This document shows, in pieces, positions 59,234-64,000 of a stretch of DNA of 64,000 nt (its first letter is position 1; each line of letters opens with the position of its first letter). The DNA lies in assembly GCA_964016885.1 (NCBI GenBank), contig OZ024745.1:68510001-68574000 (forward strand), in the 5' to 3' direction. The notes under the pieces are model-generated. The model worked only from the letters and a program-made list of their open reading frames with translations. It ran no database searches and was not told where the DNA came from. Made by a program: the position numbers and the translations under genes. The DNA comes from Eledone cirrhosa (lineage: Eukaryota).

Positions 59234-60108
59234 AAGAGAGAGATGGAGATAGGAGAAGAGATATGAGAGGAGAGATTGGTGAGTTAGTTAGAAGCCAAAG
59301 CGTAAAGGCATGTGCTCAATGTGCAATATGCAGTAGGCTCATTAAAAACCTTAAATTAAACAACGTTCAACACTCACTAAAATGGGATATCGTGGCTAGG
59401 GCCCAACCGTTTAATGGACGAAGAAAATCTTGTGCTCTCTGTATTACGGAAGCATATTACATAACTCTATCACGACCTCTACCGATTAACGATAGAACGG
59501 AGGAAACTATTAGCTGTCAACATCGAAGGGCTAATTCCTTCGCCAATAGAATTTTTGACCCAACTTAGTCATGTAGCCCCATTTTTACTTGTAGCTAATA
59601 AGTTAAATTGCTATGAACAACTCGATAATTATAAGTTACCTCCCCTAGATTGTCTCTCAATTAAAAAAAAAAAAAAATTAGCACTTAACTATAAACACCC
59701 ACAATTTCTAATCTCTCGAGAAGTTACTTCCCCTGAAACCACCATCTAATTAGTAAGGTAAATATGCCCTTTGGCAGCCATCTTGTTACCCATAAGCAGA
59801 TCTCACACAATGCAGCCTCGACAGATGAATACTGCTTGATTATGGCTGACAACTGATGCAACCAAGACACCATAGTAAAAACCAATATATGGAACATTAT
59901 ATTATGTAACATTATCTCATTATTTTAATCTATATTCCTTTGAAGTTCCGATGAGTCACTCTATCTTTTAAATATGTTAATTATTTTCAACTGAACCAGA
60001 TCAATTATGATATATAGTCATCTGATCCAGAAATATTATATGGAGTAGCGAAACAATTGTAAACGGACATTATTATTATTAATATTATTATTATTATTCT
60101 CTACATTC
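59234..60108 (+). mobile_element. 3' portion of a Penelope-like element (GIY-YIG C-terminus, 3' UTR, HHR-bearing pLTR)
   Basis: ORF 59263-59568 W.IV....PF......CALC..E...I.....INDR.E....CQH resembles the PLE GIY-YIG end; HHR-like motif downstream. Confidence 0.75.
59945..60064 (+). ncRNA. Hammerhead-like motif (core variant CCGAUGA, large helix II insertion)
   Basis: GTT-CCGATGA-GTC-ACTCTAT...ATGGAGT-AGC-GAAA-CAATTG-TA-AAC. Confidence 0.55.
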
Positions 60109-60189
60109 CTTACATCAAACTAAAATATGTTGACAATCTTTTAATAATGTCTTCCTTGTGAAATGTGTGGTCTTGTTGTGCTTAACTAA

Positions 60190-60224
<35 letters not shown>

Positions 60225-60807
60225 AACGTAAAATAAGAAAATTATAGTAATAGCTTACTTACTTAAATTTCACTCCAACTAATGTCTGAAAGGGAATATA
60301 CATGGAGATCATGGAGAAATCTTTTCGTCATCAGGGAGTCATTCTCAGCTAAGATACCTGGCGATGCGTGGACACAGGGAACTTATACAAAAATATTCAG
60401 TGGATGGAAAAGAGCAAGCGGGGACTAAATTCTAGGACACTAAAAAAAATCACTGCCTTCTTGTTCGGTGGCAAATTCAAAAGAATCAATCACGTGACAT
60501 CGAGGTTAATCAGTGAGGAGTGGGGTGTTAAAAAGACAGTAGTCAAGCTGTTACTATAGTAGTAATTTTGGGAAATTTTTGCTCAACAAAATAATTTGGA
60601 GATAATTATAAATAATTAAACACCCGACTCCTCACTGATTAACCTCGATGTCACATGATTGATTCTTTTGAATTTGCCACCGAACAAGAAGGCAGTGATT
60701 TTTTCAGTGTCCTGGAATTTAGTCCCCGCTTGCTCTTTTCCATCCACTGAATATTTTTGTATAAGTTCCCTGTGTCCACGCATCGCCAGGTATCTTAGCT
60801 GAGAATG

Positions 60808-60879
60808 ACTCCCTGATGACGAAAAGATTTCTCCTTGATCTTTATGTATATTCCCTTTCAGAAATTAATTAGTTGGAGT
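60808..60879 (+). ncRNA. Type I hammerhead ribozyme (unit 1)
   Basis: ACTCC-CTGATGA-C[GAAAAG...CTTTC]A-GAAA-TTAATTAG-TT-GGAGT. Confidence 0.8.
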
Positions 60880-61327
60880 GAAATTTAAGTAAGTAAGCTA
60901 ATTACTATAATTTTCTTATTTTACTTTTTTCATATAATTGTTCTGCACCCCCTTGCATTGAACCACAAAGTTACTAAGACAAAACCATATATTTGCTTGC
61001 ATACTTATACATCTTTGTATATATATATGTTGGTAGATATACTAATTCTTTATAATTATATCCAAATTATTTTGTTGAGCAAAAATTTGCCAAAATTACT
61101 ACTATAGTTCATAGTAACAGCTTGGCTACTGTCATTTTAACACCCCACTCCTCACTGATTAACCTGGATGTCACATGATTGATTCTTTTGAATTTGCCAC
61201 CGAACAAGAAGGCAGTGATTTTTTCAGTGTCCTGGAATTTAGTCCCCGCTTGCTCTTTTCCATCCACTGAATATTTTAGTATAAGTTCCCTGTGTCCACG
61301 CATCGCCAGGTATCTTAGCTGAGAATG

Positions 61328-61399
61328 ACTCCCTGATGACGAAAAGATTTCTCCATGAACTTCATGTATATTCCCTTTCAGAAACTAATTAGTTGGAGT
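61328..61399 (+). ncRNA. Type I hammerhead ribozyme (unit 2)
   Basis: ACTCC-CTGATGA-C[GAAAAG..CATGAA-C-TTCATG..CTTTC]A-GAAA-CTAATTAG-TT-GGAGT: perfect helix I and palindromic helix III. Confidence 0.85.
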
Positions 61400-61885
61400 G
61401 AAATTTAAGTAAGTAAGCTAATTACTATAATTTTCTTATTTTACGTATTTCATATAATTGTTCTGCATCCCCTTGCATTGAACCACAAAGTTACTATGAC
61501 AAAACCTATATATTTGCTTGCATAGGTATACAGCTGTGTATATATATGTTGGTAGATATACTAATTCTTTATATATATATATATAGATAGATAGACTGTA
61601 CCGCAGTATGTATGTATGTATGCATATATATATACGAATGACCAATTCACTTTCACCATATGTCTGATATTCCAAACATTATCAATATCTGTGGAGAACG
61701 GTGGACCTCTTGAAATCGATTTTATTTTGTCTCATATGAAAAGACAATGCTTGTATCCAAACGCATGCAGAGATAAAACAATACTTACGTTATATTTAAA
61801 AGCATATGATATAAATTGAATGTATATTACTATTCACCTTTATCTGTGTCACGTTCAATCTCTTCTTCATTATGTTAGTAGTCAG

Positions 61886-62071
61886 GGCGGTAGATTGGCA
61901 TTATTGGTAGAGGATCGGACGCCGTGCTTTGGAGCATAGAGTTACAGCCCTTTATGATCCGAGTTCAAATCCTGCCGAGGTTAACTTTGCCTTTCATCCT
62001 TACGGGGTCGATAAAATGAAGTACTAGAAATGCACTGGGTAATTGCTGGCCTTGTGCCAAATGAAGAAACA
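61886..62071 (+). mobile_element. Full-length Meta-like SINE with TSD
   Basis: ATTATGTTAGT at 61869 and 62072; family body intact. Confidence 0.85.
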
Positions 62072-62756
62072 ATTATGTTAGTGCTCAGGCATTTACACGT
62101 TAATTGTACGTGCGGGTTATTCCGTTGATTGAACAATTGAGACAACTCGTCGTTGAAACCGTCGGAGATCCATTCCATGTACATAATATTATTTTATAAT
62201 CGAAATTAGGTGTATAGTTTGCTGTGTATTGAATCACATCTACCCTTGTCAACATGCATAATATATAAATTCATAATATCCCGTGGTGTCTAATCTGTTA
62301 ATGTTTGGAAAGCCTCTTGCACGTCTTCGCCAGTTAAGTCGTGTTTCATATAAGTGGCCTTGTCATGTATTTCAAAAGTTGTATACAGTAAGTGGCTGAA
62401 GATTGAGTGTTGGACAATTAAGTATTCAGGAAGGATGGTTATATTAAGAGAATTATAAACGTATATTTGATGGTTTTTATTGACTTACTCTCACTATAGT
62501 ACACACCTTAACTTTACATATTATATATACGTCACTCCGAATATAGGATCTTGTTTAGTGTTCGATTGTTTTTTAGTTTAAGTGCTAAATGTCAATAATG
62601 TCCGGACAAGAGACGCAGTTTCATAAAATCGATTAAAATTCCATTGAAAACTGTTGGAATATATTATATCAAGGTGACCTGCTCTTCGCCTTTGCTTTCT
62701 TCAATACTCTGATATTAACATTTCTTTTATTTATCTAACACGCACGCACACGCACA

Positions 62757-62821
<65 letters not shown>

Positions 62822-62830
62822 GTATATATG

Positions 62831-62861
<31 letters not shown>

Positions 62862-62862
62862 G

Positions 62863-62893
<31 letters not shown>

Positions 62894-62973
62894 GTATATA
62901 TATATATACATATATATAAATATACATATATATATATATATATATAAGTATATACGCACATACATATATATAA

Positions 62974-63010
<37 letters not shown>

Positions 63011-63064
63011 TATATACGCACATACATATATATATATATGTGTGTGTATATATGTATATATATA

Positions 63065-63157
<93 letters not shown>

Positions 63158-63163
63158 GTGTGA

Positions 63164-63195
<32 letters not shown>

Positions 63196-63466
63196 ATATA
63201 CACACATACATGTATATATTTGACAGCCGTTGTCAATGTTTAAGCAAGTAACATCATGAATTCAACAGATGTAAGGTGCTGCAGTATTCCATTTATTTTC
63301 TTTTTCACTGTCAAAGCTGACACTAGGATTTCCTTCTAATATTTCATATTTTAGTTTTTTTTAGAATATCTCAAAGAATATTTATTTAAATGAACGCTGC
63401 TTAGACGAATCTATAACTTTATATTGGCATAATACTGTTAGAGAAATATATAGCATTTATATTATA

Positions 63467-63494
63467 CTAGCAGTTGTACCCGACATTTCACGGG
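63467..63494 (-). mobile_element. Helitron-like 3' terminus
   Basis: Minus strand CCCGTGAAATGTCGGG hairpin then TACAACTG-CTAG|T; similar to the end at 16638-16665. Confidence 0.6.
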
Positions 63495-64000
63495 GAAGAG
63501 ATGACTAAGTCAGTGGACTACATTTTGGAAAATAATAATTGCAACTCTGCATAAATATATTATTTGAAACATTTCTATTCAATGTGAGAATATGTATGTG
63601 TGGGTATGTGCACATTTTCTCTTGCTTTTGCATTGCAACGTAGTGTTTCAGGAAATAGAGATCGATAATAAGTGTAATACACGGAAATAAGTACTAGCAT
63701 CAAGATGATCGACGAAACTCTTTAATACCTTGCTCTATATGATCGCAGTTCAGTCGAATGACTGACACTAAATAAGTGAAAAATCTCATTTATTTTTTAT
63801 TAATTTTGTTCCTTTGTTTTCTTGATTGTATGTGTGTCGAACCAAAACATCATTGCACCTCACAACTTTAACCCTTTAGCATTTAAAGCGGACATATCCG
63901 GCCAGAATTCTCTCACCTCTTTCTGTTCAAACTGGCTGTATATAGTTGCCCATACTGATGTTAAGGTATTGTACTCAAAATAAATAACATCAAAATCTCA

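Larger units (their letters stand above)
60217..61572. mobile_element. Retrozyme/pLTR-like array: one inverted partial copy (60217-60618) plus ~1.8 tandem copies of a 520-bp unit (60619-61572)
   Basis: CACCC.ACTCCTCACTGATTAACC starts at 60621 and 61141 (period 520); the reverse complement of the same unit occupies 60217-60618; flanked by (TA)n. Confidence 0.9.

Noticed and set aside
60217-61572. ORFs 60368-60559 and 61109-61303 as a duplicated small protein gene; repeats as CRISPR-like
   Set aside because: The ORFs differ by frameshift between copies and are antisense to the ribozyme strand; there is no repeat-spacer architecture and the DNA is eukaryotic.

Overview
AT-rich, microsatellite-saturated eukaryotic DNA with no supportable host protein-coding gene. 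The SINE families and repeat content suggest an octopus/cephalopod intron or intergenic region (inference). Nearly all long ORFs are artefacts of (TA)n, (CA)n, (GA)n, (TATG)n and (ACC/AAC)n tracts. Recognisable mobile DNA includes decayed R4/Dong-like LINEs at (TATG)n, CRE-, HERO-, RTE- and CR1-like fragments, a Penelope-like GIY-YIG 3' end, a mariner, an hAT MITE with an 8-bp TSD, Helitron-type elements and many tRNA-derived SINEs. The main hidden signal is RNA-level. About a dozen type I hammerhead ribozyme (HHR) motifs from many unrelated short element families sit between (TA)n tracts as inverted or tandem repeats (Penelope pLTR / non-LTR retrozyme-like). They include a 520-nt HHR-to-HHR tandem unit (candidate circular RNA) and a rod-like element with a central HHR. 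A shared covarying 'AU-bulge' hairpin lies just outside the inverted-repeat boundary in several families. All structures were read by eye and need computational and experimental confirmation.
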